From an uncultured Spirochaetota bacterium (GTDB taxonomy: Bacteria > Spirochaetota > Spirochaetia > SZUA-6 > Fen-1364): a DNA stretch of 64,000 nt. Location: NCBI GenBank assembly GCA_963734545.1, contig CAVTHO010000007.1, positions 1 to 64,000 of the forward strand, in the 5' to 3' direction. This document shows, piece after piece, positions 29,477 through 38,633 of this stretch. The translations under genes and the position numbers were made by a program. A model generated the notes under the pieces. It was not told the origin of the DNA. It searched no databases and saw only the letters and a program-made list of their open reading frames with translations. Every line of letters starts with the position of its first letter. The stretch's first letter is position 1.

Positions 29477-31158
29477 GGAAGAGCCCCGTGCTTCAATCCG
29501 TGCTGAAGGCGCTTGCCCTCGTTTCCGGCGTGTTTGGCATCGTGGTGGCGGCTTTTGTTCTTGTCACAAGCCTCAGGCTTTCCTCGGTCGATCCCCTTAC
29601 CTCGCAGGCAATCTCCTCCTTGAAGCAGCGCGTCGGAGAGCAGGGAGCGGACGAATCGCTGTATGCGGACATCAGGAACCTGGACCTGCTGGCTCGCCAG
29701 GCCTACTTCACGAGCCAGGACCGGCTTACCGCCGGCGTGGTGCTCTTCCTGTGTGCCTGGGCAATCAGCGTGGGCTCACTCCAGACACTGAAGATGCTTT
29801 CCGGAGCAAAACCTCCCGCGATCCCTCGCGTGACCGCCAACCAGGAGGCGCACACGGAGCGCAGGATCAGAACCGCGGTGGTTGCCGTGGGCGGGTTGCT
29901 TGCCGCTGCCTGCGTGGCAAGCCTGGCGCTGGTCCCCAAGGCCGCGTTTGAGCCGGGCGGAACGGCCGCTGCAGCCCCGGGAGTCTCGCCGCCGGCAGTC
30001 CGGCCGCCGGTGGACCCTGAGTCGGAGTGGCCGGCATTCCGCGGACCGCGCGCCGGGATCGCCACAGAGAACGCGGACCCCGCATGGGACTCGGGAAAAC
30101 TGGTGGTGCTCTGGAAGACCCCCGTGCCGCTCAAGGGCTTCGGCTCTCCGGTGGTGTGGGAAGACACGATCTATCTGAGCGCGGCAGATGAAGCGCACCA
30201 GGTTGTCATGGCCTTTGATGCGGCCACCGGCAAAATGAGGTGGCGCACGGAGGTCTCCGGCGGCGGGGGAGCACCGGAGATATCGCCCAACTCGAGCTTT
30301 GCCACACCCACGATGGCGTGCAACGCGAAAGGAGCTTATGCGCTTTTTGCCACGGGCCGCGTGGTGTGCCTGGATCCGGGCGGCGCCATCCTCTGGAAAC
30401 GTGATCTGGGCCGGCCGGACAATCCCTACGGCCTTGCCTCTTCCCTTTGTGCGAGCGATTCCATGCTCTTTGTGCAATTCGATCAGACCGAGAATCCTGC
30501 CCTGGTTGCACTGGATGCGGCAACCGGCCGCAACGCGTGGACCGCGGCACGGCAGGGAAACGCCTCCTGGTCTTCACCGATCTTCATCAGGACGTCCAAG
30601 GGGCCTCTTCTTGTCGTTGCCGGGAATCCCGACGTCGAGGGCTTTGACCCCGGCACAGGCAAGAGCCTTTGGCGCGTGAAGCTCCTGGCCGGGGACGTTG
30701 TGACGAGTCCGGCGTTCTATGGTGATACCGTGTACATCGCAAGCCAGTACGCGGCAGCAGCCGCAATCCCGCTTTCCCTTCCCCAGACCCTCTGGGAATC
30801 GCAAGACTACCTCCCTGACATCTCGAGCCCGCTGGCAACAGCGAAAGGTTTGTACCTCTGCATGACGCGCGGAAAGCTGACCTGCCTGGATCCGAAAACC
30901 GGGGAGCCGCGCTGGACGTCCGACATAAAGAGCGAAGTCAACGCATCGCTTATCCTCCTGGGAGATCTTGTGATCGTCGTCGCGAAGAGCGGAACCCTGC
31001 ACGCGTTTTCGGAGCGGCCGGCAGGCACCCCGGTGAAGCCCGCATGGAGCTTCAAAATCGACGGGACAGTCGTGGCCACGCCCGCCTATAGACAGGGCCG
31101 CATGTACGTGCGGTCCGACACGGCGCTCCTGTGCCTGGCGCCAGAGGCAATCAAATGA
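29473..31158 (+). CDS. PQQ-like beta-propeller protein 3 with an N-terminal multi-TM region
   Basis: Three hydrophobic segments, IRNLDLLARQAYF, WPAFRGP and GFGSPVVWED.IYL. GTGA overlap. Confidence 0.85.
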   Translation: MRKSPVLQSVLKALALVSGVFGIVVAAFVLVTSLRLSSVDPLTSQAISSLKQRVGEQGADESLYADIRNLDLLARQAYFTSQDRLTAGVVLFLCAWAISVGSLQTLKMLSGAKPPAIPRVTANQEAHTERRIRTAVVAVGGLLAAACVASLALVPKAAFEPGGTAAAAPGVSPPAVRPPVDPESEWPAFRGPRAGIATENADPAWDSGKLVVLWKTPVPLKGFGSPVVWEDTIYLSAADEAHQVVMAFDAATGKMRWRTEVSGGGGAPEISPNSSFATPTMACNAKGAYALFATGRVVCLDPGGAILWKRDLGRPDNPYGLASSLCASDSMLFVQFDQTENPALVALDAATGRNAWTAARQGNASWSSPIFIRTSKGPLLVVAGNPDVEGFDPGTGKSLWRVKLLAGDVVTSPAFYGDTVYIASQYAAAAAIPLSLPQTLWESQDYLPDISSPLATAKGLYLCMTRGKLTCLDPKTGEPRWTSDIKSEVNASLILLGDLVIVVAKSGTLHAFSERPAGTPVKPAWSFKIDGTVVATPAYRQGRMYVRSDTALLCLAPEAIK

Positions 31159-32264
31159 GATGGGTCTGCGCGTGCGTTCTGGCCGTGTCCGTCTCTGGGG
31201 TTCCGTGCGCCGCGCAGGACTGGCCCTGCGGCCGAGGGGATGCTTTGTTGAGCGGGTACAGACCAGGCGCGCTGGCATTGCCTCTTACGCTCGCGTGGAG
31301 CTTTGACACGGGAGACGACATCGGAGGCGCGCCCGCCTGCGTGGGGGGAAGGCTCTACGTAGGCTGCATTAACGGGAGCGTGTGGTGCTTGAACGCGCAG
31401 ACCGGTGCAAGGCTGTGGAGCAGGAGCGTGGGCACTGCCGTGGAGGCAGCACCTCTTGTCGCCATCGGAAGGCTTTTCTTCGGGGATTCCCGCGGTGACT
31501 TTCACTGCCTGCGCGCCGACACGGGTCAAGAGGTGTGGCGATTCGAGGCCGAAGCCAAGATCGCCGGCGGCGCAACCCTGGCGGCGGTCAAGGGAAGGGC
31601 TGCCGTGGTATTCGGAAGCTATGACCGGAACCTCTACTGCCTTGACGCGGAGACCGGCAAGAAGCTCTGGAGCTTCCTTGCGGGTAACTACATCAACGGC
31701 TCTCCGGCGGTAGACTCCGGCAGGGTCGTGTTTGGCGGCTGTGACGGCAAGGTGCGCGTTCTCTCCCTGGATACCGGGAGCCTGCTCTTCGAGATCGATG
31801 CGGGCTCCTATGTGCCGGGGTCTCCCGCAATTCGCGGAAAAACCGCATACGCGGTCACGTACGCGGGTGAAGTGCTTGCTTTTGACACCCAATCCGGCAG
31901 ACGCCTGTGGGCGCACAAGTATCCCGCGGAAAACGGCGTTGTGAGCGCTCCCGCGGTCGGGCCCGATGCGGTTGTCGTTGGAAACCGGGACGGGAAGATC
32001 CTCTGCCTGGACTCCCGCACCGGCAGACAGCGATGGATGTTCGCAACAGGCGGCCGCGTAGATTCATCAGCAGTTATCGCTGGCAAGACGGTGCTGTGCG
32101 CTTCCACGGACGGGTGGCTGTACCTCCTTGATCTCACACGCGGCAAGGAGCTCTGGAGCTATGAGGTGGGCGGCGAGCTTGTCGCATCGCCCATCGTGGC
32201 AGGCATGGTGTTTCTGGGCACGCCGGACGGGGTGGTATGTGCGTGGAGGACGCCGGCGCGGTGA
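31155..32264 (+). CDS. PQQ-like (BamB-like) beta-propeller protein 4
   Basis: Signal peptide, DWPCGRGD and regular GSYD.NLYCLDA.TG..LW repeats. Confidence 0.88.
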   Translation: MRWVCACVLAVSVSGVPCAAQDWPCGRGDALLSGYRPGALALPLTLAWSFDTGDDIGGAPACVGGRLYVGCINGSVWCLNAQTGARLWSRSVGTAVEAAPLVAIGRLFFGDSRGDFHCLRADTGQEVWRFEAEAKIAGGATLAAVKGRAAVVFGSYDRNLYCLDAETGKKLWSFLAGNYINGSPAVDSGRVVFGGCDGKVRVLSLDTGSLLFEIDAGSYVPGSPAIRGKTAYAVTYAGEVLAFDTQSGRRLWAHKYPAENGVVSAPAVGPDAVVVGNRDGKILCLDSRTGRQRWMFATGGRVDSSAVIAGKTVLCASTDGWLYLLDLTRGKELWSYEVGGELVASPIVAGMVFLGTPDGVVCAWRTPAR

Positions 32265-33541
32265 GGATTGCCTACCTTGTTCCGGGAAACGGGGCCGCCT
32301 TCTACTGCGAAAACTGCGTGCGGGACGCGGCCCAGATCCGTGCGCTGAGTGCCGCCGGGCACGAGGTGCTGGCCGTGCCGCTGTACCTGCCGCTCGACTT
32401 CCCAAGCACTCGCGTCGCAAGCCCGGTGTTTTTCGGCGCCGTGTCCTTCTTCCTCCAGGAGACGATGCCGGCTCTGGGGCGCCTTCCGAAGTGGCTCCGC
32501 CGTCTCACGGACTCTCGGGCGGCTCTTCGCCTGGCAGCCGGTCTTGCGGGCTCCACCTCGGCGCGCGGCCGGGAGGCACTGACGTTGTCCATGCTCTCCG
32601 GCGACGACGCCGTCTTCCGCAGGGAGAACGGTCGAGTGGCGGATTGGCTTTCTGCAAACTTCAGACCTGAAGTGATCCACCTTTCGAATCTCCTGTTGAT
32701 CGGAATGGCCCAGGATCTGAAAAAGAGGTTCTGCCGGCCGGTCTTTGTCACGCTCCAGGATGAGCATACGTGGCTGGACTCGCTCTCGGAGCCGGCCCGT
32801 GCGGCTGCCTGGGAAACGGTGAGGAATCGCGCCGGGGCCGTGGATGCTTTTCTCCCCGTCAGCAACTACTACCGACGCTTCATGATGCAGCGCCTCGGTG
32901 TTTCCGCGGATCTTCTGCGCACCGTACGGCCAGGGGTTGAAATGCGTCATCCGGTTCCGAGACCGCTTCCTCCGCGCCGCGCCATCGGTTTTCTCTCCCG
33001 CTGGTCGAAACCCATGGGGCTCGGGCTCCTGGCGGAGGCCTTCTGCCTGCTCAAAGAGGATCAACGCTACAAGGATGTTCAGCTTCTGCTGTGCGGCGGA
33101 GGCACGGGAGAAGATCGCCGCTTCCTCAGGGCGTTGCGCGCCCGGTTCCGGCGTGCGGGTGTCACCAGGGATGTGGCCTTCATGCCCGGCTTTTCCGGTA
33201 AGGATCGTCACCGGTTCTTCAATCGCATCTGGGCTCTCTCCGTGCCCTCCTTCGGGGGTGAGGCCTTTGGAACCTTTGTCGTGGAAGCGCTGGCCGCGGG
33301 CGTTCCCGTGGTGCAGCCCGATGCGGGCGGCTATGCCGAGCTGGTTGACGGTGCGGGAATCCTGGTTCCTCCGGGAGATGCTGCCAGCCTGGCCGGAGCG
33401 CTCTGCCGTCTGCTGGATTCCCCTGGGTTGACGACGGAGTTGGGCCAGAGAGGGCACGACACGGCGCGGAGCTCATTCTCATTCTCCTGCTACGCCCAGT
33501 CGCTGACTGATGCCTACCGCCAGCTTGGAAGCTCCTCATGA
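32261..33541 (+). CDS. Glycosyltransferase family 4 with an N-terminal CxxC
   Basis: PGNGAAFYCENCVRD; EAFGTFVVEALAAGVPVV Ex7E motif. Confidence 0.9.
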   Translation: MRIAYLVPGNGAAFYCENCVRDAAQIRALSAAGHEVLAVPLYLPLDFPSTRVASPVFFGAVSFFLQETMPALGRLPKWLRRLTDSRAALRLAAGLAGSTSARGREALTLSMLSGDDAVFRRENGRVADWLSANFRPEVIHLSNLLLIGMAQDLKKRFCRPVFVTLQDEHTWLDSLSEPARAAAWETVRNRAGAVDAFLPVSNYYRRFMMQRLGVSADLLRTVRPGVEMRHPVPRPLPPRRAIGFLSRWSKPMGLGLLAEAFCLLKEDQRYKDVQLLLCGGGTGEDRRFLRALRARFRRAGVTRDVAFMPGFSGKDRHRFFNRIWALSVPSFGGEAFGTFVVEALAAGVPVVQPDAGGYAELVDGAGILVPPGDAASLAGALCRLLDSPGLTTELGQRGHDTARSSFSFSCYAQSLTDAYRQLGSSS

Positions 33542-34224
33542 CATTAGAAGCCCAGGGCGCCTCCAGGGATTTCGGTACGGCGGGCGGTCCCGTGCGCCGC
33601 GTGCTGGACAGCGTGGATCTTCTGATACATGCAGGAGAGAGAATCGTAATCCAGGGACCAAGCGGAGCCGGCAAGAGCACGCTCCTGAACCTGCTCGGAG
33701 GGATCTCCGCTCCCAGCGCCGGCAGGATCCTTGTGGATGGATGCGACCTTGGAGGCTTCTCCGAGCGCGAGGCTTCCGCCTTCCGCAATCTCCGCGTGGG
33801 ATTTGTGTTCCAGCTTCACCATCTTCTGCCGCAGTTCACGCTCCTGGAAAACGTGCTGCTCCCGGTGCTGGGAAAGGGAGAGGCGTGGCGTGAAGCCGTG
33901 GAGCGCGCGCGTTCCTGGTTCCAGATCGCGGGGCTTTCACACCGCAAAGACGCTTACCCGTTTGAGGTCTCCGTGGGGGAAAGCCAGCGGGCTGCCATCC
34001 TTCGCGCGCTCGTGAACCAGCCCGCAGTGCTTTTTGCGGATGAGCCCACGGGGAGTCTGGACAGGGATACTTCCGACAGGATTGTGGACTTCATCCTGGA
34101 GTGGCAGGAGCGTGTTGCGGCCGCGCTGGTCACGGTGACACACGACAGCGCTGTGGCGGAGCGCAGCGCATCAGGCGGCAGGCTTCTTCGCCTGGTGGAC
34201 GGCAGGCTGCATGCGGCTTCTTAG
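33538..34224 (+). CDS. LolD/MacB-type ABC ATP-binding protein
   Basis: GPSGAGKST, GFVFQLHHLL and ADEPTGSLD. Confidence 0.93.
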   Translation: MTLEAQGASRDFGTAGGPVRRVLDSVDLLIHAGERIVIQGPSGAGKSTLLNLLGGISAPSAGRILVDGCDLGGFSEREASAFRNLRVGFVFQLHHLLPQFTLLENVLLPVLGKGEAWREAVERARSWFQIAGLSHRKDAYPFEVSVGESQRAAILRALVNQPAVLFADEPTGSLDRDTSDRIVDFILEWQERVAAALVTVTHDSAVAERSASGGRLLRLVDGRLHAAS

Positions 34225-37200
34225 TGCGGCGCTGAAAAGCACGCGGCTCTACTACAAGACTGCCGCCGCCCTTGCCGGCTCCGCCGCGCTCTGCGGCCTT
34301 GTTCTCTCCGGCGCGCTCGCAACGGGGGACGCCGTTCGCCAGAGCCTCACCGCACGAGCCCGGATGCGTCTGGGGCCCGTGGAAAGCATCGTCTATCAGC
34401 CGGAGCGAAGCTTCGGCTCGGACCTCGGGGATCGACTTCGCGCGGCAGGGTTTGCCCGTGCTGCCGGTACCGCGGTGTATCTCCGTGCGGTTCTTGCACA
34501 CGGAGACAAGCGCGCGCCGGCCGCCCATGTGCTCGGTGTTTCTCCCGGGCCTGCATCCCCGGCTGCGGGAGAGGTTTGGCTCAATCCATGGACAGCCGGT
34601 CTGCTGGGCGCAGCACTGGGTGACACGATCCTGATCCAGACACAGAAGCCCAGTCTCCTTCCCGCGGAAGCGCCCATGGGTATGCAGCCGACCATCGTGG
34701 CGCTGCGCGTGAAGGTGGCGCGCATCACGGATAAGTACCCGTTGTGTTTTGACCCCAATGCGAACCAGGAGCTGCCCTTCCTTGCCGTTGTTGACCGTGA
34801 CTCGTTGGCCGATCGCGTCGGGTGGGAGGGCAGGGCCAACCTCCTGCTCATCGAGACCGGCACCCAGGGGAGCACGAGCGGGGTCACGCGGCAAACTTCC
34901 GTGCGCCAGGCTCTGGATCAGGCGTGGAATCTTTCCGATGCCGGCTATGAGGTTGAGTCCGCGCCGCACGGCCTGGCAATCCTGGACACGCAGCGTGTCT
35001 TCATTGAGCCCTCGGTTGCACGCGCTGCATCCGGACCCGATGTCTCAGGTTACTTCGGCTATTTTGTGGACACGGTGAGAAAACGGGACGCTGCGATTCA
35101 GGCCCCCTACGTGTTTGTTGCCGCCGGGGAGAAAGATCCCGTGCCGGTTCCACCGGCCGGAGGGGCTGTTATCACAGAATGGCTGGCCAGGGATATTCGT
35201 GCGAGTGCCGGGGATACCATTGAGCTCCGGTTTCGCATTCCGAATGATGTGGGACAACTGGAGCAAAGACATGCCGAGCTCACCGTGGCCGGAGTAATCC
35301 CCGTTCCGGCAAGCCCTCTTATCCGCGCCCTCACGCCGCGTTTTCCCGGGCTGTCGGACATGGTGTCATGTCGCGACTGGAGACCGGGCATGCCCCTTGA
35401 TCTCTCCCGCATCACACCTCGCGACGAGGCATACTGGAGGCTCTACCAGGCAACCCCGCGCCTGTTTCTCAATTTCAGCGATGCGGACCGAATCTTTGCC
35501 AATCCGTTTGGAAACAGGACCGCCCTTTGCTTTGCGGGCTCAGAGCGACAGCCGCGGCTCACGCCAGAGGTCTCGGGGTTTGTCCTTGACGAGGTGAGAC
35601 GCACCGGTCTCATCTCCGCGGCAGAAGGCACGGATTTTTCAGGTCTTTTTGTCGGTCTCAGCTCCCTTGTGGTCCTGGCCGGGCTCCTGTTGGGATCCCT
35701 TACCCTTGGCCTGTCATTGCGTCGCAGGGCCGGAGAAAGGGAGACGTTGCGGGCCCTGGGCTGGCCGCCCGGCAGGATCAGGGCCGCAGTGGTTGTGGAG
35801 GTCCTGGCGGTTGTGCTACCGGCATCCATTCCAGGCGCGGCGCTCGGGCTTTTCTATGACAGGCTGGCCATTTACTGGCTCAACAAGATCTGGGCATCCG
35901 CGTCCGCGGGTCCTCTGCTTCAGGCGCGTTTCTCACTGGCTTCCGCGGCAGAGGCTGTTGCAGCGACCCTGGCCTTGTTTGTCGTCATTGCGATCTGGCA
36001 TGCGCACGCATCCGGACGCCGGACGCAGCGCAGGGCCCGCACGTCCAGCGGCGTACCGGCAGCTCTTGCCGTTGCGGCCGCCCTGGCCGCGGTAGCGTGT
36101 GCAGCCGCGCCGACAAACGTCGACCAATCGATTCGCTGGTTCGGGGTCGGGCTTCTTGCGCTTGCCTGCTGCATCTGCGGGTTCTGGTGGTTCCTGTCGA
36201 AGGCCGGGCGCCTGGACTACAGACGCCCCAGGCCCCTTCTTCGATGGATGCATCGGAGAAGAGGCCGCTGCGTGGGAGAGGCGGCGCTTCTCTCTGTGGG
36301 AGTTTTTCTGGTGCTGGGCATCGGCGGGTATGTTCCGCGTGTGCCGGATGCCGCAGATCCTCATTCGGGAACCGGGGGATTTTCCTGGCTCCTGCAGACT
36401 TCGCTTCCCGTGACTGCGCAGGAGGTCTCTTCCTTGCCTGATGCCGTGGGCATCAGGGTCAGGGAGGGGGCGGATGCAAGCTGCCTCAACCTGAACAGGT
36501 CCAAGGTGCCACCGGTCTGGGGCGTGGACCCCGGGGCTTTTTTCGGCCGTTTCGGCATGGACTGGTCGATCCTGGACAGACCGCTTGAGGACGGCTCAAT
36601 CCCCGCGGTTTCCGATACGTCTGTCATCACGTGGGGCCTGGCCAGGCGTGTGGGGGACTCGCTGGACTACGTCGATGAAAGCGGAAGGGCCGTGCGCGTG
36701 ACGCTGGTGGCCGGCATGCCGGATTCCATATTTCAAGGCGCGCTCCTGGTTTCAGAGAAAAGCTTCAAGCGCCTGTATCCCTCCGAGCCCGGCTACCGCA
36801 GGCTGCTCGTCACACGGACGGACATGTCCGACATGGAGAGGGCTCTCCGGAGCCGTGGCCTTGCGGCCGAGACGACGTCGCAGAGGTTGTCCCGGTTCAT
36901 GTCGGTGGAAGCCACGTATCTTTCAATCTTCGTTGTGCTGGGCGGGCTGGGCGTGGCGCTGGGCAGCATTGGATTTGCGCTTCTCTGTTTTCGGACGCTC
37001 ACCGAAGAGGCCCGAAGCATCGCCATCCTTTCTGCGCTGGGCTGGCCGCGAAGAAGGCTTCTTGCGGCAAGCTGGGGAGAACACGTCATGGCGTGGCTGT
37101 GGGGAGCCGCAGCAGGAACCCTGGCCGCGGCAACGGCCCTGGTGCCGCAGGCAGCTCGAGTCAACTGGCGGCCGTGGGCCGCAATGGCACTCCTGATCTG

Positions 37201-37279
37201 GGCCTGCGGAGCGGCGGCGTTGTTCCTGGCCGCGGCGTTGAAGCCTCAACCGGACGCGGATCTCCTTCGCCCTGAGTAG
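34211..37279 (+). CDS. Large double FtsX-like ABC permease
   Basis: 1022 aa with two FtsX modules (RRRAGERETLRALGW and EEARSIAILSALGW) and large extracytoplasmic loops. Confidence 0.85.
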   Translation: MRLLSAALKSTRLYYKTAAALAGSAALCGLVLSGALATGDAVRQSLTARARMRLGPVESIVYQPERSFGSDLGDRLRAAGFARAAGTAVYLRAVLAHGDKRAPAAHVLGVSPGPASPAAGEVWLNPWTAGLLGAALGDTILIQTQKPSLLPAEAPMGMQPTIVALRVKVARITDKYPLCFDPNANQELPFLAVVDRDSLADRVGWEGRANLLLIETGTQGSTSGVTRQTSVRQALDQAWNLSDAGYEVESAPHGLAILDTQRVFIEPSVARAASGPDVSGYFGYFVDTVRKRDAAIQAPYVFVAAGEKDPVPVPPAGGAVITEWLARDIRASAGDTIELRFRIPNDVGQLEQRHAELTVAGVIPVPASPLIRALTPRFPGLSDMVSCRDWRPGMPLDLSRITPRDEAYWRLYQATPRLFLNFSDADRIFANPFGNRTALCFAGSERQPRLTPEVSGFVLDEVRRTGLISAAEGTDFSGLFVGLSSLVVLAGLLLGSLTLGLSLRRRAGERETLRALGWPPGRIRAAVVVEVLAVVLPASIPGAALGLFYDRLAIYWLNKIWASASAGPLLQARFSLASAAEAVAATLALFVVIAIWHAHASGRRTQRRARTSSGVPAALAVAAALAAVACAAAPTNVDQSIRWFGVGLLALACCICGFWWFLSKAGRLDYRRPRPLLRWMHRRRGRCVGEAALLSVGVFLVLGIGGYVPRVPDAADPHSGTGGFSWLLQTSLPVTAQEVSSLPDAVGIRVREGADASCLNLNRSKVPPVWGVDPGAFFGRFGMDWSILDRPLEDGSIPAVSDTSVITWGLARRVGDSLDYVDESGRAVRVTLVAGMPDSIFQGALLVSEKSFKRLYPSEPGYRRLLVTRTDMSDMERALRSRGLAAETTSQRLSRFMSVEATYLSIFVVLGGLGVALGSIGFALLCFRTLTEEARSIAILSALGWPRRRLLAASWGEHVMAWLWGAAAGTLAAATALVPQAARVNWRPWAAMALLIWACGAAALFLAAALKPQPDADLLRPE

Positions 37280-37370
37280 CCGCCGACAGTACGATGGCGC
37301 TGCAGTGCCAGCTCAGCGGCTTGCGCGGGCATGGAGTCTGGGATATGGTCAGCAGCAAGGAACGATTTTC

Positions 37371-37577
37371 ATGTTTGGCATTGGACTGCCTGAGCTGCTC
37401 ATCATTGGCGTTCTGATCCTTCTTTTCATGAACCCGAAAGACATGCCATCGATGTTCAGAAAGATCGGAAGGGCCGTGAACGAAATGAAAAAGATGCGCG
37501 AGAGCTTCCTCGAGAGCTTGCGGGATCTTGACGCCAGGGAAAAAGGGTCCAAGAATAGATCACGCTCAAGGACCTGA
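37371..37577 (+). CDS. tatB: TatB/TatA family translocase subunit
   Basis: MFGIGLPELLII...NPKDMP..FRKIGR. Confidence 0.75.
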   Translation: MFGIGLPELLIIGVLILLFMNPKDMPSMFRKIGRAVNEMKKMRESFLESLRDLDAREKGSKNRSRSRT

Positions 37578-37598
37578 CCGATAGAGTGAGGTGAAAGT

Positions 37599-37787
37599 AT
37601 GATAGGCACCGTGGAGATACTGATCATCTGTGCGGTCGTGCTGGTCCTGTTTGGCGCAGCCGCTATTCCCAAGTTCGCGCGGTCCCTCGGGAGAGCACGG
37701 AAAGAGTTCGAAGAGGGGCTGAAAGAGGGAACAAAAGACACATCCACTCCCGGGAAGAAGGACCGTGAGGAAAAAAGAAAGGCCTAG
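37599..37787 (+). CDS. tatA: TatA/E family translocase subunit
   Basis: EILII..VVLVLFG...IPKFARSLGRARKEFEEG. Confidence 0.88.
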   Translation: MIGTVEILIICAVVLVLFGAAAIPKFARSLGRARKEFEEGLKEGTKDTSTPGKKDREEKRKA

Positions 37788-38515
37788 GTCTGTCCAGGTT
37801 TCCTCTGAGCAATCGCGGCCAGGAGTATGCTGAAGAAGAAGAGCGCCACCATCGGAAGCGCCACCAGCATCATGTTGAAAGCGTCCACCGTAGGGGTGAT
37901 CACTGCCGCGACCCCCGTGATTGCGACGATCGCTATGCGCCAGCCCTTGAGAAGCATTCCCGCGGTCACAATTCGAAGCTTGGCAAGCATGAAGACCACG
38001 AGGGGAAGCTCGAAGAACAACCCAACCCAGAATAGCAGCGAAGTCACGAACGGATAGAAACGTTCGGACGTCCATTGTGTCTTGAAAACATCCGGAAGGA
38101 AACCTGAGAGGAACCGGACGGCAACGGGAACCAGCACAAACCAGGCGAATGCGGTCCCTGTGAGGAAGAGGGCAATCGCAGAAGGAATCACTGCATAGGC
38201 GTAGCGCCGCTCCTGGGGATGAAGACCGGGAGAGATGAATCTCCACAGCTCGACCAGGACAACCGGCATGGCCAGTATGGCTCCGACGGTGAAAGCAATT
38301 CGCATGTAGACCGAAAAACCCTCCGTGGGACCGATTACAATCAGCTGGTTGCCGTACGGACTGAAAAGGTACTTCAATATCGAAGGGGCAAAAAACAGGC
38401 TCGCGCTTCCGCAGAGAACGAACGCGACGACAATGCGAATCAGATGCTTCCGAAACTCAGCGAGATGATCAAAGAAGGTCATCCCGCCCTCCGAGCCGTC
38501 AGGATCCTTCTTCAT
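37784..38515 (-). CDS. tatC: Tat translocase subunit TatC
   Basis: MTFFDHLAEFRKHL, WRFISPGLHPQER, FELP and AAVITPT.D. Confidence 0.93.
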   Translation of the reverse strand: MKKDPDGSEGGMTFFDHLAEFRKHLIRIVVAFVLCGSASLFFAPSILKYLFSPYGNQLIVIGPTEGFSVYMRIAFTVGAILAMPVVLVELWRFISPGLHPQERRYAYAVIPSAIALFLTGTAFAWFVLVPVAVRFLSGFLPDVFKTQWTSERFYPFVTSLLFWVGLFFELPLVVFMLAKLRIVTAGMLLKGWRIAIVAITGVAAVITPTVDAFNMMLVALPMVALFFFSILLAAIAQRKPGQT

Positions 38516-38594
38516 GGTGCCGAGCCTATTGGCGAGATGCGGAGGTGTCAAGTTGCTGTGGCGCACGCCGCCCTGCCGACAATGGCATGCGACA

Positions 38595-38623
38595 TTGACA
38601 GGTGGAGGCGCAGCCCCTATACT
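38595..38623 (+). promoter_or_regulatory. Sigma70 promoter of the protease gene, back-to-back with a tatC promoter
   Basis: TTGACA-17-TATACT on the plus strand. TTGACA(38546-38551)-17-TAGGCT on the minus strand. Confidence 0.7.
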
Positions 38624-38633
38624 TCGACTCATT

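Noticed and set aside
23894-32264. Calling the propellers BamB or PQQ dehydrogenases
   Set aside because: There is no bam context, no lipobox, no pqq genes and no recognisable catalytic motifs. Only the fold is supported.
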